A stretch of DNA of 64,000 nt, taken from a virus. The notes beneath the pieces are model-generated. The model was not told where the DNA came from. It searched no databases and saw only the letters and a list, made by a program, of their open reading frames with translations. A program made the position numbers and the translations under genes. Position 1 is the first letter of the stretch; each line of letters starts with the position of its first letter. The stretch is from the IMG/VR virus record IMGVR_UViG_3300027782_004428, positions 1-64,000 of that record; one strand, 5' to 3'. Shown in pieces: positions 29,852 through 37,617 of the stretch.

Positions 29852-30347
29852 ATATCATATTCCCAAGTTTTGGGATGATGAGTTTAAAGAACTGCTCTAC
29901 ATCAACGAACAATTCAATGATGCGGAAAGCCTCGAACGTTGGACCGCTCAGGGCTATGCCAACCGATTCACTGGAGACATGTGTGACATGCGCAGTACTC
30001 AACCTAGTTGGAATGATCGTTTTGTCAACATCTATCGTGAACTAGGTTGGAAAGATATTGGCACCAGTTACTATAGAATGGGCACAGGTACGATTCTTCC
30101 AACTCACGGTGACTTGTATTTGCGTTATGTTGACTTGTTTAATCTTCAGGGCAAAGAGCAACGCATACGCAGAGCCATTGTGTTCTTGGAAGACTGGAAA
30201 CCTGGGCATTATGCAGAATACAATAGCACGGCCAAGGTTGATTGGCGAGCAGGAGATGTAGTCGAGTGGTGTTACGATGCGCCACACATGGCTGCCAACC
30301 TTGGGCTAGAACCGAGGTACACATTACAAATCACAGGATGGGTATGA
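29829..30347 (+). CDS. 2OG-Fe(II) oxygenase-like protein
   Basis: LPTHGD (HxD), distal H in PHMAAN, R in PRYTLQIT. Confidence 0.7.
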   Translation: MVTHAILKYHIPKFWDDEFKELLYINEQFNDAESLERWTAQGYANRFTGDMCDMRSTQPSWNDRFVNIYRELGWKDIGTSYYRMGTGTILPTHGDLYLRYVDLFNLQGKEQRIRRAIVFLEDWKPGHYAEYNSTAKVDWRAGDVVEWCYDAPHMAANLGLEPRYTLQITGWV

Positions 30348-31261
30348 TTAACAGTCACGACGAGTGGAGTCCACTAAAACGCATAGTAGTAGGTTCGGCC
30401 ACCGACGCTAACTGGCCTGTAAATGATCCTGTGTTTGCCAAAGAATCAGAAAAGACAACCTGGAAAGAAACACCTGTTCCGCGTGGACCTGTGCCCCAGT
30501 GGATAATTGACGAAGCCAACGAAGACCTGGATATTCTAGCAACGACCCTGATCGGTCTAGGCGTAGAAGTAGTGCGTCCGGATCCACTCAACTTTCAGAC
30601 CCACGATGGCATGTACAATTATTGCCCACGCGACAGGCTTCTTGTACACGGCTCAACTATTATTGATCCTGCCATGATGTATCCTTGCAGGGACATGGAA
30701 TTACAATGCTATCATGACATTGCGGATGAAGCAGAAAATTATTTGTTCATGCCTCGAAACGAAGGTATGGTGTTGGATGCTGCCAACATACTGCGTCTTG
30801 GTCCCGACAAACTGTTGTATCTAGAAAGTGCCAGCGGTAACAAAGCCGCTTATTATTGGTTGCTGGCCAATTTACCAACCAACACCAGCATTGAACTATG
30901 TAATTTTTATGCCGGTGTGCATATTGATTCAACTATTGTGCCTTTGCGTGAAGGTTTGGTCATGCTCAATGCTAGTCGTGTAACATTTGATAATGTACCT
31001 AGAGTGTTTGATGGGTGGCACAAAATTTGGGTAAACGATGTGGTAGCACAAGGATTCCACGAATATCCTTATGCATCAAAATGGATTGCCATGAACATGT
31101 TGGTGGTAGATCCAAACACAGTCATATGCGACCGAAACCAAACCGAATTGATTAAAACGCTCAAAAGTTATCGATTCGAAGTGATACCTTTAGAACTACG
31201 CCATAGTCGTACACTGGGTGGTGGCTTTCATTGTGTAACACTGGATTTAGAACGCGGTTGA
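30344..31261 (+). CDS. amidinotransferase (glycine/inosamine-phosphate amidinotransferase family)
   Basis: NSHDEWSPL, YCPRD, DAAN, HIDST, GGGFHC. Confidence 0.9.
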   Translation: MINSHDEWSPLKRIVVGSATDANWPVNDPVFAKESEKTTWKETPVPRGPVPQWIIDEANEDLDILATTLIGLGVEVVRPDPLNFQTHDGMYNYCPRDRLLVHGSTIIDPAMMYPCRDMELQCYHDIADEAENYLFMPRNEGMVLDAANILRLGPDKLLYLESASGNKAAYYWLLANLPTNTSIELCNFYAGVHIDSTIVPLREGLVMLNASRVTFDNVPRVFDGWHKIWVNDVVAQGFHEYPYASKWIAMNMLVVDPNTVICDRNQTELIKTLKSYRFEVIPLELRHSRTLGGGFHCVTLDLERG

Positions 31262-31286
31262 CCATTAATTTCAAATGCTGTATAAT
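31258..31286 (+). promoter_or_regulatory. sigma70 promoter, probably leaderless transcript
   Basis: TTGACC-17-TATAAT, ATG 6 nt downstream. Confidence 0.85.
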
Positions 31287-31292
31287 TATAGC

Positions 31293-32324
31293 ATGACTAC
31301 ACCTAAAATTGGCTTTTGTTGCAAGTGGCTCAATGATCCCACAGAATGTGGGGGCATGAAAGTCAATGCAAAGGACCGTGACTTAAACGGCAGATCAACT
31401 ACCATGCGGTGGCTTCGCGAACACAAAGACGAAGCAGAACAACGCCAATGGGACATCATGAATCACAATGCATCGGCGGCTGTGAAGATGATTGAGCGTG
31501 TGGCCACATTGCCAGAAGGCAGACGCATGGTGCGACTGGGCAGTGAAATGCTACAAGGCTACACTGAACCATCGTGGATTGACTGGTGGCAACGTACTGA
31601 AATTCAAGATCACTGTACAAAGATATTTGCTCCTGTGGGCGAGACAGCAAAACGTCTTGGTGTTAGACTAAGTTTCCATCCTGGGCAGTTTTGTGTGCTG
31701 GCTAGTGAGAGTGATGAAATTGTAGAACGCAGTATCTTAGAGTTTGAGTATCATGCAGACATGGCTCGTTGGATGGGCTATGGTCGTGAATGGCATGATC
31801 ATGGATTTAAAATTAATGTGCATTTATCGGGTAAAGGTGGTCCCGCTAAATTCCTGAAGACCTTGGGTCGTCTCACTCCAGAGGCCAGGAACTTGATAAC
31901 CATCGAGAATGACGAGATGACAAATGGATTGGACACTACTTTGGCTGTGGCTCAGCATGTGGCTCTTGTGTTGGATGTACACCACCACTGGATCAACAGC
32001 GGCGAATACATCGAACCGCAGGACGTTCGTACAAGTAGGGTTATTGACAGCTGGCGCGGTGTTCGTCCTGCAATGCATTTTAGTACTAGTCGCGAGGACG
32101 TTTTGGTCGACCATGATCGAAGCGTTCGACCAGACCTTGCTGAACTTCTTGCTAGAGGTCATAAGAAGCAGAAGCTCCGAGCACACAGTGACTTCTGTTG
32201 GAATTCAGCTGTGAACGACTGGGTCTTAGGCTTTCGTGATCAGTTTGATATACAAGTAGAAGCCAAGGGCAAAAACTTGGCAAGTGAACAACTGTATGAA
32301 CAATATATTTCTCAACATCTTTGA
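31293..32324 (+). CDS. uvsE: UV damage endonuclease UvsE/UVDE
   Basis: RLSFHPGQF.VL.S, INVH, IENDE, LDVHHH, RAHSD, VEAKGK. Confidence 0.92.
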   Translation: MTTPKIGFCCKWLNDPTECGGMKVNAKDRDLNGRSTTMRWLREHKDEAEQRQWDIMNHNASAAVKMIERVATLPEGRRMVRLGSEMLQGYTEPSWIDWWQRTEIQDHCTKIFAPVGETAKRLGVRLSFHPGQFCVLASESDEIVERSILEFEYHADMARWMGYGREWHDHGFKINVHLSGKGGPAKFLKTLGRLTPEARNLITIENDEMTNGLDTTLAVAQHVALVLDVHHHWINSGEYIEPQDVRTSRVIDSWRGVRPAMHFSTSREDVLVDHDRSVRPDLAELLARGHKKQKLRAHSDFCWNSAVNDWVLGFRDQFDIQVEAKGKNLASEQLYEQYISQHL

Positions 32325-32583
32325 TTGGATTCGAAGTGACTACAAAACTAACCCACTTAGGTTTTTCGTGGAAGTACTGGCTTGGGCTGTGTCTATTGGG
32401 TGCAGTATTACGATGGCTGCCACTGTACCTAATCCCCCTCTCGTGGTACTTTACCCTATATGGATTAGTGGTTGTGCTATGTATGCTTGGGCTAGTTGGA
32501 CTCGTCAATCGTTTGGTATGTTGGCCAACTACATCCTCTTAGTCAGTATTGACACAGTGGGCCTAATTAGAATGCTATCTTAG
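32296..32583 (+). CDS. small membrane protein
   Basis: three hydrophobic segments. Confidence 0.65.
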   Translation: MNNIFLNIFDWIRSDYKTNPLRFFVEVLAWAVSIGCSITMAATVPNPPLVVLYPIWISGCAMYAWASWTRQSFGMLANYILLVSIDTVGLIRMLS

Positions 32584-32615
32584 TAATATCATTGTAATAT
32601 ATACGCCTATAAATA
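32581..32615 (+). promoter_or_regulatory. Pho-box-like direct repeat plus TATAAATA
   Basis: GTAAT at 32583 and 32594 (11-bp period), TAAATA 32610-32615. Confidence 0.5.
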
Positions 32616-32616
32616 A

Positions 32617-32691
32617 ATGCAACCGACCACAATGATAGAGTGGCACTGGAACTCGTAACCAGTAGATACCCCAAAATTTGGGGTATTTTTT
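32617..32691 (+). ncRNA. candidate small RNA or 13-aa peptide transcript with its own terminator
   Basis: hairpins CCAC/GTGG and ACTGG/CCAGT, then terminator; also reads MQPTTMIEWHWNS*. Confidence 0.5.
32666..32691 (+). terminator. intrinsic terminator
   Basis: ATACCCCAAA/TTTGGGGTAT stem followed by T run. Confidence 0.85.
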
Positions 32692-32729
32692 GTGTCATAA
32701 AACTGTCAAAAAATCACGGTCACTAAATA
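32692..32729 (+). promoter_or_regulatory. Pho box plus TAAATA
   Basis: GTGTCATAAAACTGTCAA 32692-32709, 16/18 match to CTGTCATAAAACTGTCAT; TAAATA 32724-32729. Confidence 0.75.
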
Positions 32730-32733
32730 CTGA

Positions 32734-33396
32734 ATGAAACCCACCATAGCCCTTTTCCTGCACGACCCTAAGTGCAGTGTACAAAGCGGCAATGGGCTCA
32801 TGCGAGCCCTAGGCGATCATTACAAGTTCAAAATATTTGGTAAAAACAAATTAGAAGACGTGTTCTTTGACGACGTAGACATGATTGCTGTGCCTGGCGG
32901 CTTTGGTGATGCTGATTCATTTGAATCACTTTTTAAACACAATGCCGACCGTGTGCGACAATTTCTTGCTCGTGGCGGCCGATATCTGGGCATCTGCATG
33001 GGCGCATACTGGGCCGGCAGCGAGTATCTTGATATCTTAGATGGTGTGGATGCAGTACAGTATATCCGACGTCCCGGCACAGATACACATAGACCACATG
33101 CCAAGAACTTGCCTGTACTGTGGCGAGATCGGTATGGAAACATTGAACCTTGGAGCATGTTTTTTTATGACGGCTGTGCCTTGGTGGGCGACAAAACCAA
33201 GTTTAAGACTATGGCCACATACATCAACGGTGATGCTATGGCCATTATACAAAACAACATTGGATTAATTGGTTGTCATCCTGAAAGTGAACAATTCTGG
33301 TACGACAGTTACTCCTGGATGCGTGGTCGATATCATAGGGGTCAACATCACACACTGTTGTTGGATTTTGTGGACCAAATGTTTGTAACAAAATAG
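32734..33396 (+). CDS. class I glutamine amidotransferase-like (BPL_N-type) protein
   Basis: VPGG, GGRYLGICMGAYWAG nucleophile elbow, GCHPE. Confidence 0.8.
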   Translation: MKPTIALFLHDPKCSVQSGNGLMRALGDHYKFKIFGKNKLEDVFFDDVDMIAVPGGFGDADSFESLFKHNADRVRQFLARGGRYLGICMGAYWAGSEYLDILDGVDAVQYIRRPGTDTHRPHAKNLPVLWRDRYGNIEPWSMFFYDGCALVGDKTKFKTMATYINGDAMAIIQNNIGLIGCHPESEQFWYDSYSWMRGRYHRGQHHTLLLDFVDQMFVTK

Positions 33397-33417
33397 TAAC
33401 ACAAATATGCCTAAATA
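33383..33417 (+). promoter_or_regulatory. Pho-box-like direct repeat plus TAAATA
   Basis: GTAAC at 33385 and 33396 (11-bp period), TAAATA 33412-33417. Confidence 0.55.
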
Positions 33418-33421
33418 CTAG

Positions 33422-34216
33422 ATGCCAAAAATATACCGCAGTATTTTTATCAGTGATGTGCATCTTGGCACAAGAGACTGCAAGGCAGAAGAACTAAACA
33501 ATTTTTTAAAGCACAACTCGTGCGATACCCTGTACCTAGTGGGTGACATCATTGACGCCTGGAAGATACAACAAAACCGGTGGCGATGGAAACAAAGCCA
33601 CACCAATGTGGTACGTCGTATACTGGGTCATGCCAAACGCGGCACTCGCGTGGTATTCATAGCAGGCAATCATGATGAATTCCTGCGTCCCATGATACCA
33701 TATGGTTTTAGTTTTGGACTAATAGAGATTCAAAATCAAACTGAACACATTGGTGCAGACGGCCGACATTATCTTGTGGTGCATGGAGACCTGTTTGATG
33801 GTATCACAAGACTGGCACCGTGGATAGCATTTTTAGGAGACCGAGCATATGACTTTATTCTTGCGCTTAATAGCCGATTTAATTGGCTACTGCATCGTTT
33901 TGGTATTGGGTACTTTAGTCTTAGCCAGTACCTTAAAAAGCGAGTAAAGAAGGCTGTAGACTTTATTTTTCACTTTGAAAAAAATCTAGCCAATTACTGT
34001 CGAAAGCGCGGCTACGACGGTGTCATATGCGGACACATACATCACGCAGAAATAAAAGAGATCAACGGCGTGATTTACATGAATGACGGCGATTGGGTTG
34101 AGTCATGCACAGCACTGGTAGAACATCATGACGGTGCTTGGGAGATTGTAACATGGACACGAAAAAATGACCAAGAAGATACTGATAATAACAGACAACT
34201 TACCGGATCAGATTAA
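33422..34216 (+). CDS. plcP: PlcP-type phospholipase C (LpxH-like metallophosphoesterase)
   Basis: FISDVHLG, YLVGDIID.W, GNHDEFLR, HGD.FD, LGD.AYD, VK.AV.FI, DGVICGHIHHA, GDWVESCTAL.EH. Confidence 0.82.
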   Translation: MPKIYRSIFISDVHLGTRDCKAEELNNFLKHNSCDTLYLVGDIIDAWKIQQNRWRWKQSHTNVVRRILGHAKRGTRVVFIAGNHDEFLRPMIPYGFSFGLIEIQNQTEHIGADGRHYLVVHGDLFDGITRLAPWIAFLGDRAYDFILALNSRFNWLLHRFGIGYFSLSQYLKKRVKKAVDFIFHFEKNLANYCRKRGYDGVICGHIHHAEIKEINGVIYMNDGDWVESCTALVEHHDGAWEIVTWTRKNDQEDTDNNRQLTGSD

Positions 34217-35177
34217 TGGTGTGGTCACCACTTACAAGAACATTGAGGCTTGTGCGGTACTGGATGGTTATACTGTGGATTATATTGACCCCGGGCGGTT
34301 CCGCTATGTTGATTGTCCTGGCTACAACGAAGTCAAACTTGCCATTCCGCGGGCAATGGGCAAGAAGATCGAAGAGATTGATCCGGATCATATCCACATC
34401 GCCACAGAAGGTCCTCTTGGTCTGTGGGCTAGAAAGTATCTTTCAATATGCGATTATAGGTATAACACCGCTTATCATACTAAGTTTCCTGAAGGTCTAA
34501 AAAAGTTATTTGGTATTCCCGAAGCAGTGACTTGGCCGCTGGTGCGTTGGTTCCACAAGCATTCGGGAAAAGTTCTAACCACAACCGAAACCATGGTACG
34601 TGAATTACAATCACACGGGTTTCGGGGCGAAATTGTTCCGTGGACTCGTGGTGTAGACCGTACAATCTTTAATCCCACTCACAGACAAAAAACTATCAGT
34701 CGCTACATCTTGTGTGTTAGTCGTGTAAGTAAAGAAAAGAATCTTGAAAAGTTTCTTGAGATGGACTATCCAGGTTTCTTAAAAATCATGGTAGGTGATG
34801 GACCCATGCTGGAAACCTATCGTCGGCAGTATCCTGCGGTTCACTTTACAGGATTCAAAACAGGAGTAGATCTAGCCAAATACTATGCCAATGCCGAAGT
34901 ATTTGTGTTTCCTAGCCAGTGGGAAACATTTGGCATTGTAATGATCGAAGCCATGGCTTGCGGCACACCTGTCGCTGCATATCCATGTCAAGGCCCAGAA
35001 GATGTTATTGACGAAGGTGTCACTGGCTGTATGAATGCGGACTTAAAGCAGGCCGTCACTGATTGTTTGTTTTTGAATAGAAATCAAGTATGGTCGGGTA
35101 GTCAACGTTGGTCATGGGATCGTGCCTGGGCGATATTCAGAGACAATCTAATTCCGGCGAAGCCGAGCAAGTCCTAG
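34167..35177 (+). CDS. agt: GT4 glycosyltransferase, Agt-type diacylglycerol glycosyltransferase
   Basis: TD..P.QINGVV.T, HIATEGPLG, YHTKFPE, W.RGVD, RVSKEKNL, ETFGIV..EAMACG.PVAA; follows plcP. Confidence 0.75.
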   Translation: MTKKILIITDNLPDQINGVVTTYKNIEACAVLDGYTVDYIDPGRFRYVDCPGYNEVKLAIPRAMGKKIEEIDPDHIHIATEGPLGLWARKYLSICDYRYNTAYHTKFPEGLKKLFGIPEAVTWPLVRWFHKHSGKVLTTTETMVRELQSHGFRGEIVPWTRGVDRTIFNPTHRQKTISRYILCVSRVSKEKNLEKFLEMDYPGFLKIMVGDGPMLETYRRQYPAVHFTGFKTGVDLAKYYANAEVFVFPSQWETFGIVMIEAMACGTPVAAYPCQGPEDVIDEGVTGCMNADLKQAVTDCLFLNRNQVWSGSQRWSWDRAWAIFRDNLIPAKPSKS

Positions 35178-35855
35178 TGTTCTGAACAGGCTGAGCCACA
35201 TCCAGCCTATATCAAATTCATACCAGTTCTTAGAGAGGCGGGCACTCGCTGGGTCCAAGTGGTGGTTGTTGTGCAACTCTTCACCGCCAATAACAATACC
35301 CCAAGGCACAATATTACGACTATGATCTTTAGTTTTGCCATTTCTATATCCAATCCAATGTCCAACGCCGTTTATGACTCCGGCTGCCCAGAAAGGTATC
35401 CATATCATCTGGATGCCCCAGATTACCGGACCCCACCATCCAAACACCAAGACGTCTAGCACAAAGAGAATGCCAATGCCAAGTCTAGAGTAAGGCTGGT
35501 ATACGTGAAGCTCCATCCAATCAGCAGGAGTACCACGACCGTATGTATCAACCATAGTTTTATCTTTTGATGCCGCATGATATAGTACTGCCCCTTTAAA
35601 TAATACCTGCCATATACCGTACACATGAGGGGTATGCGGATCACCTTCCACATCACTGTATCTGTGATGCTTGCGATGTATGGCCACCCATTGCTTGGTT
35701 ACCATGCCTGTGGTCAGCCATAACCAAAATCTCATGAAATGTTCAAGTGCAGGATGAAACTCTATGCCCTTGTGGGCCTGGCCACGATGCAAATACAAAG
35801 TGACACAGACGATGGTAATGTGTGTCATTACCAATGTTGCTATTAATTCTATCAT
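35148..35855 (-). CDS. desA: membrane fatty acid (delta-9-type) desaturase
   Basis: His boxes HRGQAH, HRKHH, HNNHH; GEELHNNHH..EFDIGW. Confidence 0.9.
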   Translation of the reverse strand: MIELIATLVMTHITIVCVTLYLHRGQAHKGIEFHPALEHFMRFWLWLTTGMVTKQWVAIHRKHHRYSDVEGDPHTPHVYGIWQVLFKGAVLYHAASKDKTMVDTYGRGTPADWMELHVYQPYSRLGIGILFVLDVLVFGWWGPVIWGIQMIWIPFWAAGVINGVGHWIGYRNGKTKDHSRNIVPWGIVIGGEELHNNHHLDPASARLSKNWYEFDIGWMWLSLFRTLGLARLRRN

Positions 35856-35868
35856 TGTGTATTTAACG

Positions 35869-35888
35869 AAAAAGCCCCTCTCGGGGCT
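35869..35888 (-). terminator. intrinsic terminator
   Basis: minus strand AGCCCC-GAGA-GGGGCT-TTTT. Confidence 0.75.
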
Positions 35889-35891
35889 GAT

Positions 35892-36143
35892 TTATTTTGC
35901 AGGGGGTTTCCGTACTCGGGGCTTCTTGGCCGCCACTGCTGGTTTCGCAACAGGTGCTGCTTTGGGACGAGCCGGTGCTCTTGGCTTTTTGGCAGGAGCA
36001 GTTGTGGCCACTGGAACGGGTTCCGGAGCAATTTCACTTGCCTTGGGAAACGGCCAATCAGTGCTGGGTGCCTCAACTTTGTACGGTGCTGAAGTATCTG
36101 GGTGTTTTGGTTTGGCAAAAAAGCCTTTTAAAAATCGTAGCAT
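35892..36143 (-). CDS. small Lys/Ala/Pro-rich protein
   Basis: AGGAG RBS, TAAATA upstream, terminator downstream. Confidence 0.7.
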   Translation of the reverse strand: MLRFLKGFFAKPKHPDTSAPYKVEAPSTDWPFPKASEIAPEPVPVATTAPAKKPRAPARPKAAPVAKPAVAAKKPRVRKPPAK

Positions 36144-36192
36144 AATGTTCTCCTGTATAGTTATTTATTAGTGATAGCTCACTAGAGAAATG

Positions 36193-36285
36193 TGTTGCAT
36201 TGCAACATCATTGTCATATATAATAGTACATAGGACGCTGGATAGGCCGGGTCCTATGGCAACTTGCTTAATTAAGGAGAACATT
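36193..36285 (+). promoter_or_regulatory. PhaR-like operator over a sigma70 promoter, then hairpin and ROSE-like leader
   Basis: palindrome TGTTGCATTGCAACA 36193-36207, TATAAT 36219-36224, CATAGGAC/GTCCTATG, CTTGCTTA..TAAGGAG. Confidence 0.6.
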
Positions 36286-36564
36286 ATGTTTACAGCAGAC
36301 GCATTCATCGACACCGTTCAAACCGGTAAAAAAACTTTCGTTAACACATTCGTCACAAACGAAACCGCCAAAGAAGCAATGATCAAGTTCATTGATTCAC
36401 AAGCAGAGTACACCAAAAAGGCCGCCAAGGTTGGCATGGATGCATTCACCACAGTCACAAGCGAAGCTGTTAAGGCCGCTCAAGAAGCTACCAAATTTGA
36501 CTATGTGAAATTTGGCGAAGGCATCATGAAGGCTTACACAGCCCAAACAGCCAAAGCAAAGTAA
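36286..36564 (+). CDS. phasin-like amphipathic protein
   Basis: Ala/Lys/Thr-rich helical 92 aa, AAGGAG RBS, PhaR-like operator upstream. Confidence 0.5.
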   Translation: MFTADAFIDTVQTGKKTFVNTFVTNETAKEAMIKFIDSQAEYTKKAAKVGMDAFTTVTSEAVKAAQEATKFDYVKFGEGIMKAYTAQTAKAK

Positions 36565-36578
36565 TACTCAAGTACTAC
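36561..36578. repeat. 18-bp imperfect palindrome (copy 2)
   Basis: GTAATACT-CA-AGTACTAC. Confidence 0.8.
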
Positions 36579-36579
36579 C

Positions 36580-36608
36580 AAAAAAGCCCCAAAATCTGGG
36601 GTTTTTTT
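36580..36608 (+). terminator. intrinsic terminator
   Basis: AAAAAAGCCCCA-AAATC-TGGGG-T7. Confidence 0.85.
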
Positions 36609-36612
36609 ATGG

Positions 36613-36641
36613 TTGACCAATAAATGCCCAAATGCTATAAT
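36613..36641 (+). promoter_or_regulatory. early sigma70 promoter (cassette family)
   Basis: TTGACC-17-TATAAT. Confidence 0.9.
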
Positions 36642-36671
36642 ATACACATAAACAGCAAAAAGGAGCCAGAT

Positions 36672-36935
36672 ATGAAAGCACTACAAGCCTACATTGATCG
36701 TCAAAATAAGTGGAATGTAATTTTTAAAGGTCGTCAATATGAGATTGATACTTTTGAAGGTCGCAAGCAAGTGGCTCAAATGATTGATGCCGCACTGAGT
36801 CCTGAAAATTTGACCTGCGATGGTGAACTACCCCGTAGTCAGGTGCAAGCCCGTTATCGTGAATTGACTGCCGCGGCAAAGGATCTGATTAAGATGGATC
36901 CAAGGGTTGCCCAGTATATGTACGAGTTTGGTTGA
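36672..36935 (+). CDS. conserved phage hypothetical protein
   Basis: AGGAG RBS; LSPENLTCDGEL motif. Confidence 0.75.
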   Translation: MKALQAYIDRQNKWNVIFKGRQYEIDTFEGRKQVAQMIDAALSPENLTCDGELPRSQVQARYRELTAAAKDLIKMDPRVAQYMYEFG

Positions 36936-36960
36936 CCAATAAATCCCAATTTGCTATAAT
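36932..36960 (+). promoter_or_regulatory. early sigma70 promoter (cassette family)
   Basis: TTGACC-17-TATAAT; contains stop codon of upstream gene. Confidence 0.9.
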
Positions 36961-36969
36961 TACACTATT

Positions 36970-37119
36970 ATGAAGCCCATACATTTCACACTAGCACCCG
37001 TAAAGGAACGTCGTCATCGAGCTCTGTTCGATTCGGCTCTGCCGTTCCGCGGTCGTGTGGAACGTCCCAAGACTGAGTACCGGCGCAAGCCCAAGCACAA
37101 AAATCAAGGTGAAGAATGA
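36970..37119 (+). CDS. ArfA-like ribosome rescue peptide (49 aa, not in ORF track)
   Basis: MKPIHFTLAPVKERRHRALFDSALPFRGRVERPKTEYRRKPKHKNQGEE; AL..D..FR.RVE..K..Y.RK.KH.N pattern. Confidence 0.6.
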   Translation: MKPIHFTLAPVKERRHRALFDSALPFRGRVERPKTEYRRKPKHKNQGEE

Positions 37120-37361
37120 AACTGGTTATACCTCTGTTGCTGTCACTGTTGGTAGGCTGTGCTTCACAATCTAGTACACCACCAGCGTCAGTTGCGGCCA
37201 TGCCCAATGACTGTGCCAATCGACAAGCAATTATCAATTGGCTAGAAACTCAATCCGCAATTCCTCGACAGGCCTTTGAAAGTGAAAAACACTATGAACA
37301 AACACGCTCGCAGATTCGTCACCGCTTGTGGCATGTGCGTTATAACTGTCAGCCTGTCTAG
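37116..37361 (+). CDS. lipoprotein
   Basis: lipobox LVGC. Confidence 0.75.
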   Translation: MKLVIPLLLSLLVGCASQSSTPPASVAAMPNDCANRQAIINWLETQSAIPRQAFESEKHYEQTRSQIRHRLWHVRYNCQPV

Positions 37362-37617
37362 TGGTTGTGCCACTCACCCAGATGCCACCCGCATACCCAT
37401 GGCCACAATAGATCTTAACCACTTTCAAGTTGACTGTAGGGTCAAAGATCAGCAGGTGGCCATGTTGCAAGCCATGCGTCAAACACCCAACGAACAATTT
37501 GGCAGTCGCATGCGAGCCATGAATCCTTTTGTTTGGACCAGCGACCATGATGTGGCATTTAACAATCCCAACAAATACATCAACTATCATCTCAACAATT
37601 TGAGGTATTGCCCATGA
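37294..37617 (+). CDS. putative lipoprotein
   Basis: LSSGC lipobox-like; start uncertain. Confidence 0.55.
   Translation: MNKHARRFVTACGMCVITVSLSSGCATHPDATRIPMATIDLNHFQVDCRVKDQQVAMLQAMRQTPNEQFGSRMRAMNPFVWTSDHDVAFNNPNKYINYHLNNLRYCP

Noticed and set aside
33422-34216. LpxH lipid A biosynthesis annotation
   Set aside because: The C-terminal motifs, agt neighbour and Pho boxes fit the PlcP subfamily better; phylogeny still needed.
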